A stretch of 56,697 nt of DNA, from positions 1 through 56,697 of the forward strand of contig JBLIRO010000030.1 in the NCBI GenBank assembly GCA_049472335.1, read 5' to 3'. This document shows positions 1 to 8,866 of this stretch, in pieces. The translations under genes and the position numbers were made by a program. The DNA is from a bacterium. GTDB taxonomy: Bacteria > SZUA-182 > DTGQ01 > JAFGSM01. Positions within the stretch are counted from its first letter, which is position 1. Every line of letters begins with the position of its first letter. The notes under the pieces are model-generated. The model had not been told where the DNA came from, did no database searches, and saw only the letters and a program-made list of their open reading frames with translations.

Positions 1-119
1 TAAAACAAGCTGCAAAGGAAAGAGGGAAAAGTGTCAATCAATTTATTATAGAAACGCTGAAGGAAAGCTTGGGTATTTCTGTCAAGGGGACGGTTCCGAT
101 GACAATCCTCACTCGTTAA
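1..119 (+). pseudogene. 3' part of a truncated second copy of the downstream antitoxin (runs in from the window edge)
   Basis: nt 1-77 are identical to nt 489-565 (KQAAKERGKSVNQFIIETLKESLGI). The frame then diverges into SVKGTVPMTILTR and stops at 117-119. Confidence 0.7.
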
Positions 120-362
120 TAATATAAAACATTTGCTTAAATTGTCTTTATATTACAAATTTATTATACATTTAACAATATATTGTTTCTTTTTTCGCAT
201 TAAAATTACTTTTAACAATTGCATTTTTATCAATTAAATTTCTTCATTTCAACAAGAAATTCTTAAAAATTACCTTGAGTAAGGTTTATTTTACAGCAAG
301 ATGAAGTTTTGACAAGGCACAGGATAATTGGGGTCAGAATTATTATATGATTGTACCTCCGT

Positions 363-391
363 TTGACTTAAAAACTGTGTAGATATATAAT
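363..391 (+). promoter_or_regulatory. sigma-70-type promoter of the vapBC operon
   Basis: TTGACT (363-368), 17-nt spacer, TATAAT (386-391). AGGAGG RBS at 426-431 precedes ATG 440. Confidence 0.7.
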
Positions 392-439
392 GATATTAAA
401 TTGATTGCAAAATATGATATCAAAAGGAGGGTGTATTTT

Positions 440-697
440 ATGAAGGCAATCACAGTCCGCGGTATTGACTCTTCCCTTGCGGAAAAGCTAAAACAAGCTG
501 CAAAGGAAAGAGGGAAAAGTGTCAATCAATTTATTATAGAAACGCTGAAGGAAAGCTTGGGTATTGAGAAACAAAAAAAATTCACAGTATTACATCATGA
601 TCTTGATCAGCTTTTCGGAAGTTGGTCAGAGGATGAATTTGAAAATATTCAGAAAAAGATCAATAACGAGCGAAAAATCGATAAGGAACTCTGGTAA
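440..697 (+). CDS. vapB: Type II TA antitoxin (RHH/FitA-VapB-like)
   Basis: MKAITVRGID..L..KLKQAAK...KSVNQ ribbon-helix-helix signature and an acidic C-terminus (DLDQLFGSWSEDE). Its stop overlaps the toxin start (TAATG). Start 440 chosen from the RBS. Confidence 0.8.
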   Translation: MKAITVRGIDSSLAEKLKQAAKERGKSVNQFIIETLKESLGIEKQKKFTVLHHDLDQLFGSWSEDEFENIQKKINNERKIDKELW

Positions 698-1083
698 TGA
701 TCCAGATACTGATTGATACAAATATTTATACCTTCGCCCTCAAGGGGGATGAAGAGGTTATATCAACCCTGCAGAAGGTTAACAAAATAGGAATCTCTTC
801 AGTAAGTATTGGCGAACTTCTTTCAGGTTTTAAAGGAGGCAACAAGGAAAAGAAAAACAGAAAGGAATTGGAGACTTTTTTGGACTCGCCAAGGGTATTT
901 ATATGTAATATTGATTACAACACCGCTGAATATTACGCCGAAATTCTAGTCCGTCTAAAAGAAATAGGCCGCCCAATTCCAACCAATGATATATGGATTG
1001 CCGCAACGGCCTTTCAATATGGTCTAAAACTGTATTCAAAAGATTCTCATTTTAAACATATTCCCGGCTTAATCCTTATTTGA
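697..1083 (+). CDS. vapC: PIN-domain ribonuclease toxin VapC
   Basis: ILIDTN, GELLSG, GRPIPTNDIWIAATA and SKDSHF PIN motifs; 128 aa. Confidence 0.9.
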   Translation: MIQILIDTNIYTFALKGDEEVISTLQKVNKIGISSVSIGELLSGFKGGNKEKKNRKELETFLDSPRVFICNIDYNTAEYYAEILVRLKEIGRPIPTNDIWIAATAFQYGLKLYSKDSHFKHIPGLILI

Positions 1084-1244
1084 TGATAAACCCTTTTCCA
1101 TTCTATTCTATCAAAACCTATCTATATTTAATCATTTCGAGAAAGACATAACTATTTAAGCTGAAAGGGAGGGCAAATTATCAAGCTGCCTCCACGTATG
1201 ATAAACAATTTCATCATTATTCCTTGTTTAGTCCTAAATCAGTA

Positions 1245-3164
1245 TTACAAATTCCGTATATTTTTTTTTGATGTACTCTCCCATACCCACTTTTCCCTGT
1301 CTACAATCGAAAGATCAAGATTATAATATTGTGTTACAAACCGACGACCGTTATCATTTGTTTCAAGATCAATAATTGCAAACTGGTTTGGAACATATCC
1401 ATATGGTTTACCACCAGGACGATGTTCCATACGAACACCAAAACTCCCTACTGATGAATAAGGAAGTGGTGGAAATCGATCTCTTGGCTGATATTGATCA
1501 ACATCACCTTGATGTACATGACCGTGAATTATAAAATCTATTGACGGATTTTTTTTTGCAAAAGTTTGAAAAGCTGCATCACCGTCTTCGATAGATATAC
1601 CCTTCTCAGGTTTTAGATTATGATGCCATATCCCGATACGAAAACGGGCTTGAGCAAAATCCGGGTCTTTTAAATACTCGGATGTTTTATCCAAAATATA
1701 TTGACCAAATTTTCCTAATTTCTTTTCCATAGTAATAAAATTACATGTAGAAAGTGCAAGAAAACATATTGAAGGCTCTGAAAACTTAACCAACATACAA
1801 GGACATTCCATATCCCAAACATAAATACCTTTGTAAAAACGATTGATAAAGTTTGCATAAGGTGCATGGGAGTAAGTAATCCATTTCATTTTATCTTCTT
1901 CTGATAATTTAAATGGTGTTTTCTTATGATTTACCACCGCCCCGTAGGATAAAATCCACGATGCTTCATGATTGCCGGGAACGATTATTACTCTTTTTCG
2001 ACTTTCTGTCTTATCAAAGCCTCTTTGTTCAGAAAGGAATGAAACTATTCTTTCAAGAAACTCTTCCGCAAGCTTCAATTCATCGCGATCCCCGGACCAA
2101 CTCAGGTCCCCTGTAACTACAATAAAATCAGGATCAATACGGTCCCTATTAAGTACTGTTTCAAGTCTTTCAAATTGATCTTTGACTGGATGATTTGGCT
2201 CAATATTAAATTTTCCAAAATGAAGGTCTGAAAGGTGCACGATCCTGGCATGTCTTTTCCATCTTCCATCATCTTTACCTTTATCTTCTACTTGTACAAT
2301 AAGTTTTATGTTTTTTATTTCTTTTATTAAATCACATAAGATATTGCTTGCCAAAACAAAAAAACCACTTGATTGCTTTAAAACACCTAATGATTCAAGC
2401 AAATTGGCTTCTTGAGATTTCTCTTCTATCTCTTGTTTGTCATTTGCGATATTAATGAGCATTTCTTTCATCCCCTTAGTCATCCCTGATAAAATACTCT
2501 GTCCAAGATTTAAAAGGGATATTGTATACGAAACACTATGTGCCTCTTTTTTGCAAATTGCCTGAAGGATGATCGGAAAGCGCTCCTGCAAATCAAGTAT
2601 TCTTCTGATGGCTTTATCGTCAAGGGGGGAAGCTCCGGGTCTTTTTTTCAAACCAATTAGTTCTTCGGCCTCTAGTTCTGTTAATGCACCAATATAATGA
2701 GTCTCAAATGGTTCAAGATACTTTGAAATAATACCAGGATATTTTGTCATTTCTATAATATTTCTCATTTCTATAAAAAATGAAGGCGAGCAAGTTATCA
2801 CTACTGTATGTTTTTTTATTGCCTTTAAAAAACCCTCAATCAATTCAGAGGGCCATTCTTCCCAAGCTTCTGCTTCATCTAATAGGATCAATGCCTCCGG
2901 ATCATTATTTGCTTTATCCATAAAATCCTGGGGGTTTTCAAGTCTAAAGAGATCTCCTAAATCACAAAACAAGACAACTTGTTTTGCTTTTTTTGCAGCC
3001 CTCTCGATTTTATTAAGAAAAGATGTCTTCCCGATGCGACGTATACCGACAGCAAGTAATGAATGCCCCTCTATCACTCTGTTTATTATATTATCATCAT
3101 GCCTATAATAATCCTGATCATTCTTTATTGACGGATTAACTATATAATGGTCATAATAATCCAT
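1245..3164 (-). CDS. AAA/STAND-type ATPase fused to a C-terminal calcineurin-like metallophosphoesterase
   Basis: Walker A GIRRIGKTS and Walker B ILLDEAE. All five phosphoesterase motifs are present: SDLHFG, TGDLS, PGNHE, WHH, HGHVH. Confidence 0.85.
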   Translation of the reverse strand: MDYYDHYIVNPSIKNDQDYYRHDDNIINRVIEGHSLLAVGIRRIGKTSFLNKIERAAKKAKQVVLFCDLGDLFRLENPQDFMDKANNDPEALILLDEAEAWEEWPSELIEGFLKAIKKHTVVITCSPSFFIEMRNIIEMTKYPGIISKYLEPFETHYIGALTELEAEELIGLKKRPGASPLDDKAIRRILDLQERFPIILQAICKKEAHSVSYTISLLNLGQSILSGMTKGMKEMLINIANDKQEIEEKSQEANLLESLGVLKQSSGFFVLASNILCDLIKEIKNIKLIVQVEDKGKDDGRWKRHARIVHLSDLHFGKFNIEPNHPVKDQFERLETVLNRDRIDPDFIVVTGDLSWSGDRDELKLAEEFLERIVSFLSEQRGFDKTESRKRVIIVPGNHEASWILSYGAVVNHKKTPFKLSEEDKMKWITYSHAPYANFINRFYKGIYVWDMECPCMLVKFSEPSICFLALSTCNFITMEKKLGKFGQYILDKTSEYLKDPDFAQARFRIGIWHHNLKPEKGISIEDGDAAFQTFAKKNPSIDFIIHGHVHQGDVDQYQPRDRFPPLPYSSVGSFGVRMEHRPGGKPYGYVPNQFAIIDLETNDNGRRFVTQYYNLDLSIVDREKWVWESTSKKNIRNL

Positions 3165-3173
3165 TTTTATCTT

Positions 3174-6100
3174 CTACCTCCCCTTTTTCCAATATTCAAT
3201 AAAAATAGGATCTAAAAAATTTTTATCTCCGTCTTTTATTGTCAAACCTGCACTGCTAAGTGATTTAATATGTTCATTTGGTATTTGAGTCTCTGGATTA
3301 GTCATGAAATCTTTGAGGAAATTATATGTGTGAATATCAAGTTCATTAAGGAATTCTAGAAACCACCTAGCAATTTCATAAGGCGCCCTTTTCAATGCAG
3401 CATTCACATGATGCATCTTAATTAGTCGTCCCCCTTCATCCTGCAATTCCTTTAATGATAGGTTTGCAAGGATATTAAGAAAGAAAGGACGGTTAGCACC
3501 CGATTTTAGAAGCTTCATCAATGCCTCTTCTTCATAACTATAGTATCCTATTATTGGTTTTTCGAGAAGATCTTTTGATTCCTGCCTTGATAAATAACCC
3601 AATTCCATGTTTACGAATTCATTAAGTGCCCAACTTGTTCGACTCTCCACGCAGGCGTTTGTAACCGAATCAAAATCACGAGTAGTGCCAACAAGGACAA
3701 TTCGAATTTCAGGCTTATCCCATTTGGACATAGCTCTTAATAGAAATGCAAAAGATATATATCTCGAGAGGACTGCCATTTCATCCAAAAGAATTAAAAC
3801 CCTATCTACACCGGCCCGAATCAACTCCGCCTTAAGAATCTCAGGCAGGGCAAATGACTCTGATGATGTTTGTGATATTCCACAAGCTTGCCGGATCTCA
3901 TATTGTAACCCTAATCTTATTTCGTCGTTACTTACCTCCATATATGAATGTAAATCAAAAAAAACAACGCGATATTTTTCTTTTTTAAGATATTCATCTT
4001 TAAGCCTGTATAAGAGGCTTGTTTTACCTGAACGGCGAGGGCCTAAAAGTATGATGGAATAAACATCTAGCTTTTGAATTATTTCTTTTATTGTTTTTGA
4101 GTGGCCAAAAAACCGATTAGGATCTTTCACCGGAGGGCCTATTATAAATGGACTTTCAGGCTCAACATTTGATATCAGTTTGCTGCCTGCTTGCCACTCA
4201 TCACTGCCTTTTACCATGAAGTGTACAGTTAATTGATATGTACCCCATGCGAATTGCTTTGTATCTGCAACAAATTCTAATATATCAATACTGACTCTTT
4301 GTACTTTTGGCAATAATTTTATCTCCTCAGAAACAACATTATCACCCTCCAATGAATTGAGTTTGATATCCCACCCGAAGGCATCTTTGCTTTGGGTTTG
4401 GACCAGATTAGGAAAAGCGATGTCACCAGTCTGAATCCTTAAGATAAGATTGTCTCCAAGCTGCGCATGAATAATCCTTGCGTTTTTTAATTGTAGCTCA
4501 GCAAACCATCTTGGATTACATTTTGCTAAAATCTCTAAAAGACTATTAGCTCTGGATTGTGAATCATTATCATTTTTTTGGCAAATAGCTCTAGCCTTAT
4601 CCAATATTTTTTCAGAAAATATATTCAAACTCCTTCTATCCGTTAACTTGAGAAAATAGGCAAAATGTTCGATTATATCTTTCCAATCAAAATCGAAAAG
4701 ATGGGGTTCTATGATTTTCCACCATTCATTATCACTTAGATCTGCCAATGCGTTTGCTGCAAAGTAATCCTGAAATGAAGGTTGGTAAAAACGAAATTTC
4801 CCGGATCCGACATGCTCAATAATATTGCTGTCGCTCATCTCTACTTTAAGAAATCCCTTTATCTTTGGTTGAAAATCTTCTTTATGTTCCCCAACTTGCT
4901 CATTAAATTGAATTTCAAGTTGTTTAATAGCTAAATACATATCACCATAAATTTGTTTACCATTCGGATTGTTAGTCATAGATAATGACAGTCTTTTTAA
5001 GAACTTTTCTACAAATTTATTATCATAACCAATCACTTTGCGATTTTCTTCTTTTGCATTAAGCAGAGACCGTAATATTAAGGACAGGATATCTGTTTTT
5101 TCCTCTGGTATTTTCTTTTCATTCCAGTAAATTCCACATAAGCATATTAACATCATAGGATTATTGGCGATATGCTTTAAAAAAGAAACCTTCGTTATAT
5201 TTTCTTTTAAGTTCCTCAAATAGGTATTATGGCTTCTTATATCTTCATCTATATCCAATGTCTTCACCCACTTGTTTATAAAGTCTGTAATTTCTTCATA
5301 ACCAAGGGCATCAATGTTGAAGGATTTCATTTCATTCAAAATAGATGTATTATCGTCCTTTAATCCACGTGAACTAATGGCTATAAAATTTTTCCCCCAA
5401 ATATCTAAAACATCATTAATCACTTCAAATAATTTTTGCCGGAGATTTAAATCAAGCCTATCATCAAACCCATCCAAAAGCAGAGCACAATGTCCACTAT
5501 CCAGCAGGTCCTCAAGCAGGGCTGTTTTTTCTCTACCAAAAATCTTTTGCATACCTTGCAATAGCACCTGCCTTGAGCTTTGAGTATTTGAATCCAGACT
5601 AATATCTGTTAATACATTAATTAAGGCTGGAAGACGAATAAATATTGGAACAGGCCCCTGGGCCTCTGAGGGAATTCCTATATATAATTCCTGTCCCCGG
5701 TCAATTTTTTCCAATCCATATTTTGCAAGCACAAATGCGACAAAACGGAGGAAAGTAGTCTTTCCTGATCCGGGCCCACCGCAAATTACTATTTTTCTAT
5801 AAGAAAAAAACGCCTCTTTTAACAGGATTCGTTTTATAGTCTTTTCCCTTTTTTTTGTTCCTCTGTCAGCTTTTTTAATAATTCCATCATGTAGTGTTGC
5901 TTTTAAAGGTATGTAAAAATCTTCGATTGGAAAGACAATTTGACGATCCTCAGAAAATGATATGGAAAAATTCTCCTGTATATCAATATGAGAATTAGGA
6001 TCTATCACATCTTCTTCAAGATATTTTGTAAATAATGCAATGTCCTTTTCTGTTAATAATGGTTTATTTATACTGGATTTATAATTTAGAAACCATTGTC

Positions 6101-8417
6101 GGATAGCTCTTGATGGATGATTAGATCCCCAAGGCAAAAACCTTTTCAGTTCCCTTCTGTCGATTCCTTCGAGAATTTTCAATGCTAAAAGTTGTCTATC
6201 CCATAGTTCAGGATTGTTTTCAGCAGGTGTTTCGAGGAGTTCCCAAAAAGGCTGAAGAGAGAATTCGGTTGCATCATCCAGGCATGCCTTCACGAGATTG
6301 GGGTATTTGGCAAAAGCAGGCTGTTTTACTACCTCACGCATATAAGGCTCAAAGAGAGAAGGGTCCTCCATGGCCAGCAGTAGCAGCCCCACCTCCTGCC
6401 ACCAGCTCTCCCCGAAATGCGCTGCTAGCTCGGACAAGACAGCAGGGCCTTCTTTAAACGCCTTTGCCCTTATCTCCCTGGCCGCCAGGTACTCCTGAAA
6501 TCCGCGGTGCATAAATCCGTAGTTATCTTGGTCCCAGCCTGTCAGCAGGCCGCTCTCATCCCGGATGGTGCGCAAAAAGTCTTCTGCGGAGCCGCCTTTC
6601 CAGCTAATAGACTTGAGTACCGGTTCGATGTAAGGCGCAAGCTCAGAGGCGGTTGCCATTGTCCTTCCTTCCTGGCTGTGGAGCCAGAGGGCAGCGGGCT
6701 GCAGGGCCCGCCTGCCATCCTGCGCACTTACCCCTGCCTTAAGTTTCTTTGCCTCTCTCCAGTGTTCCAAAAGCACATCTATGCATTCTTCATAAAGCCT
6801 TGCCCGCTTATTTGGCAGGCTGCCACGATGGCGGTGAATAAGGCATATGTTTGCAAGCAGGAGAGGGTTTCTCGTAAGATCGAAGACCCTTTGGGCACGA
6901 AAATCAAGCTCTTTAAGACGGTTGACAAGCTCATCCGCCTTTTCTGCGGCAATCCCCTCTGCCTGATCGGGGTCCTTTGCAGCTCCTCTTTCTACAATGT
7001 TGTACCAGTTCCGTATGAAATGTTCTGCCTGTTCTTCACTAAAGGGACGGATGTGCATCTCAAGAAATCTTTCACTCAGGGTCACAGTAGGGCTGTAACC
7101 CGCAAACCGGCATGTCACCACAAAACGGCATGTTTTATGACATTTCAGGGCCTCTACTATCCAATGTGCCACCTGCTCACGATGTGAGAGGTCAGAGACC
7201 TCGTCCAGTCCATCCAGAAGAAATAGAAGGTTCCCGCGCCTCAGGAGATGAGCGCCAAATCCTCTGGGGATTTTCATGTGGGGGCTTGCAGGCTGTGCTT
7301 CAATAAATGCATCCAGTCCTTGGTCAAGCCTGCCCAGCTCACGCAGGGGCAAAAAAACAGGAAGCATTCCGGCAGGAAGGCCAATTGTCTCCGGGCCATT
7401 GCGCAGGCAGTACAGAAGGATCCTTTTTAGATACATGGTCTTCCCGGAACCAGGGCCACCAAGGATGATCAATCCTTTTCGTTTCCTTTTTTCAGCCTGA
7501 TTGAAGGCATCTGCAAGTGGAATCTCGAAGGTAGTATCACACCCGCGAAGGCACTTCTCTGCATAACTGGAACTTTCATAAATCACTTCTTCGACACCCT
7601 TGAGATCAATCATAAATCGCAAAGGCACGTATATATCCTCGATATCGATAGGCACATTGATATGGGTGGCGAAACCTGCCACAGGAAGGCCCTCATTCAT
7701 TAATTCCGCCTTTTTACAGTAAGAACGGATTTCTTCGTCCCAATCAGGTTCAGGGCGGGTGGAACTACTAGGTTTTTTCGATTGCGCCTGACTGCCAGGC
7801 TTCTGTTCCCTTTGTTTCCTTCGGTCCCTCTGTTCCTTTTGCTCTCTTTGTTCCCTTTGCTCCCTTAGTTCCCGCCACTTGTTTAAGGCATCAAGCACTT
7901 TTGTGCCCAGGTTTGTCTCGTTGAAATAAGCTTGCAACTGATGCTTTGAAAACCGAGCCTTAAAGGCCTCAAGCTTTTCCTGCTTTTCCCAGCGATCCGG
8001 CATTGGATCAAAATCCTCATCCGGTTTGACCAGCAAGTCAGGGTCAAGTTGAAACATCAGCCTTCCTATGCCTGCCTCATAAGCGGCATCATATTCCATT
8101 TCAGTGATGGACTTTTTACCATCCGGCTCCCATCCATAACGCCAGGCTATAATCCCTATGAAAAGATCGGCCTCCTGGACATAACGAAGACACTCATCAA
8201 CTATTGGCCGGGTGCTAGCAACATATATCTCCATACCATGCCACATCATGCCTGCCGTTGCGATAGCATCCTGAACGATTCTCCTTCTCTCCTGATTATA
8301 GAGGTAGGTGCTGGACACAAAAACCTTGTATAACCTTTTTGATTCCAAAGGGTTATTATTCTTGTTCATCCTGGTTTTTTTTGTCTTATTCTTGTTTACA
8401 TCACTGTCTGCAATCAT
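3174..8417 (-). CDS. 1747-aa multidomain STAND protein: DUF4062 (TIR-like) - NACHT - NACHT - beta-rich linker - AAA/STAND ATPase
   Basis: N-terminal KVFVSSTY...ADLFIGIIAWRYGW...SITEMEYDAA (DUF4062-like). NACHT1: GGPGSGKT, LLDGLDE, VTCR, NPLLL, FMHRGFQEYLAA. NACHT2: GGPGSGKT, LLDGFDD, ISSR, NPMML, FYQPSFQDYFAA. Third ATPase: SPFIIGPPV..FFG, GPRRSGKTS, LLDE, GANRPFFL. Confidence 0.85.
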   Translation of the reverse strand: MIADSDVNKNKTKKTRMNKNNNPLESKRLYKVFVSSTYLYNQERRRIVQDAIATAGMMWHGMEIYVASTRPIVDECLRYVQEADLFIGIIAWRYGWEPDGKKSITEMEYDAAYEAGIGRLMFQLDPDLLVKPDEDFDPMPDRWEKQEKLEAFKARFSKHQLQAYFNETNLGTKVLDALNKWRELREQREQREQKEQRDRRKQREQKPGSQAQSKKPSSSTRPEPDWDEEIRSYCKKAELMNEGLPVAGFATHINVPIDIEDIYVPLRFMIDLKGVEEVIYESSSYAEKCLRGCDTTFEIPLADAFNQAEKRKRKGLIILGGPGSGKTMYLKRILLYCLRNGPETIGLPAGMLPVFLPLRELGRLDQGLDAFIEAQPASPHMKIPRGFGAHLLRRGNLLFLLDGLDEVSDLSHREQVAHWIVEALKCHKTCRFVVTCRFAGYSPTVTLSERFLEMHIRPFSEEQAEHFIRNWYNIVERGAAKDPDQAEGIAAEKADELVNRLKELDFRAQRVFDLTRNPLLLANICLIHRHRGSLPNKRARLYEECIDVLLEHWREAKKLKAGVSAQDGRRALQPAALWLHSQEGRTMATASELAPYIEPVLKSISWKGGSAEDFLRTIRDESGLLTGWDQDNYGFMHRGFQEYLAAREIRAKAFKEGPAVLSELAAHFGESWWQEVGLLLLAMEDPSLFEPYMREVVKQPAFAKYPNLVKACLDDATEFSLQPFWELLETPAENNPELWDRQLLALKILEGIDRRELKRFLPWGSNHPSRAIRQWFLNYKSSINKPLLTEKDIALFTKYLEEDVIDPNSHIDIQENFSISFSEDRQIVFPIEDFYIPLKATLHDGIIKKADRGTKKREKTIKRILLKEAFFSYRKIVICGGPGSGKTTFLRFVAFVLAKYGLEKIDRGQELYIGIPSEAQGPVPIFIRLPALINVLTDISLDSNTQSSRQVLLQGMQKIFGREKTALLEDLLDSGHCALLLDGFDDRLDLNLRQKLFEVINDVLDIWGKNFIAISSRGLKDDNTSILNEMKSFNIDALGYEEITDFINKWVKTLDIDEDIRSHNTYLRNLKENITKVSFLKHIANNPMMLICLCGIYWNEKKIPEEKTDILSLILRSLLNAKEENRKVIGYDNKFVEKFLKRLSLSMTNNPNGKQIYGDMYLAIKQLEIQFNEQVGEHKEDFQPKIKGFLKVEMSDSNIIEHVGSGKFRFYQPSFQDYFAANALADLSDNEWWKIIEPHLFDFDWKDIIEHFAYFLKLTDRRSLNIFSEKILDKARAICQKNDNDSQSRANSLLEILAKCNPRWFAELQLKNARIIHAQLGDNLILRIQTGDIAFPNLVQTQSKDAFGWDIKLNSLEGDNVVSEEIKLLPKVQRVSIDILEFVADTKQFAWGTYQLTVHFMVKGSDEWQAGSKLISNVEPESPFIIGPPVKDPNRFFGHSKTIKEIIQKLDVYSIILLGPRRSGKTSLLYRLKDEYLKKEKYRVVFFDLHSYMEVSNDEIRLGLQYEIRQACGISQTSSESFALPEILKAELIRAGVDRVLILLDEMAVLSRYISFAFLLRAMSKWDKPEIRIVLVGTTRDFDSVTNACVESRTSWALNEFVNMELGYLSRQESKDLLEKPIIGYYSYEEEALMKLLKSGANRPFFLNILANLSLKELQDEGGRLIKMHHVNAALKRAPYEIARWFLEFLNELDIHTYNFLKDFMTNPETQIPNEHIKSLSSAGLTIKDGDKNFLDPIFIEYWKKGR

Positions 8418-8431
8418 TTCACCACCCCCCT

Positions 8432-8866
8432 CTATCCTTTCAATAAATATAAAAAGGTCTTGGCATCCAGAATCCTGATTCCATGAAATTGCTTCAAGTT
8501 TCTCAGATGTTTATCACCTGAAATAATAAAATCTGCTTTAGACTCCAGCGCACATGCAAGAAACTTATTATCTTCGGGATCTTCTGTGATCTTATCTGTT
8601 TTGTATATGTCTTTTGTAATTATAGCCTTTCTAAAAATAAGGTGAAAAAACCTTTTAATTGTTTCATCTTTAGGATGCAATTTTTGTTTAATTTTTGGAT
8701 ATTGAAGTACCCGGCTTACTTCTTTCATAATCTCTATGGAAGTAGCTAATTCAAATTCATCGCTTATCCATAGATCCTGTAGCTGTGTTGAAGTGGCATC
8801 TTTTTTTCCAAATAAACCACTTATAAAGAGGTTGGTATCTATTACAGCCCTAAGCTTACGCTCCAA
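8432..8866 (-). CDS. PIN-family putative toxin (TIGR00305/PIN_3-like)
   Basis: RAVIDTNLFISGL, DPEDNKFLACA and ADFIISGDKHL motifs. Confidence 0.85.
   Translation of the reverse strand: MERKLRAVIDTNLFISGLFGKKDATSTQLQDLWISDEFELATSIEIMKEVSRVLQYPKIKQKLHPKDETIKRFFHLIFRKAIITKDIYKTDKITEDPEDNKFLACALESKADFIISGDKHLRNLKQFHGIRILDAKTFLYLLKG

Larger units (their letters stand above)
1..565 (+). repeat. 77-bp exact direct repeat (1-77 and 489-565)
   Basis: Base-by-base match from taaaacaagctgc to gcttgggtatt. Confidence 0.95.

Noticed and set aside
6182..7500. Several long + strand ORFs (for example 6507-7187)
   Set aside because: Antisense shadows of the GC-richer NACHT coding region with no recognisable motifs.
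7800..7870. Short repeated units encoding REQREQREQKEQ
   Set aside because: Low-complexity coiled-coil linker, not an array.
3174..8417. Diversity-generating retroelement target
   Set aside because: No FGE-sulfatase/C-lectin tail, no reverse transcriptase and no TR/VR repeat pair visible in the window.
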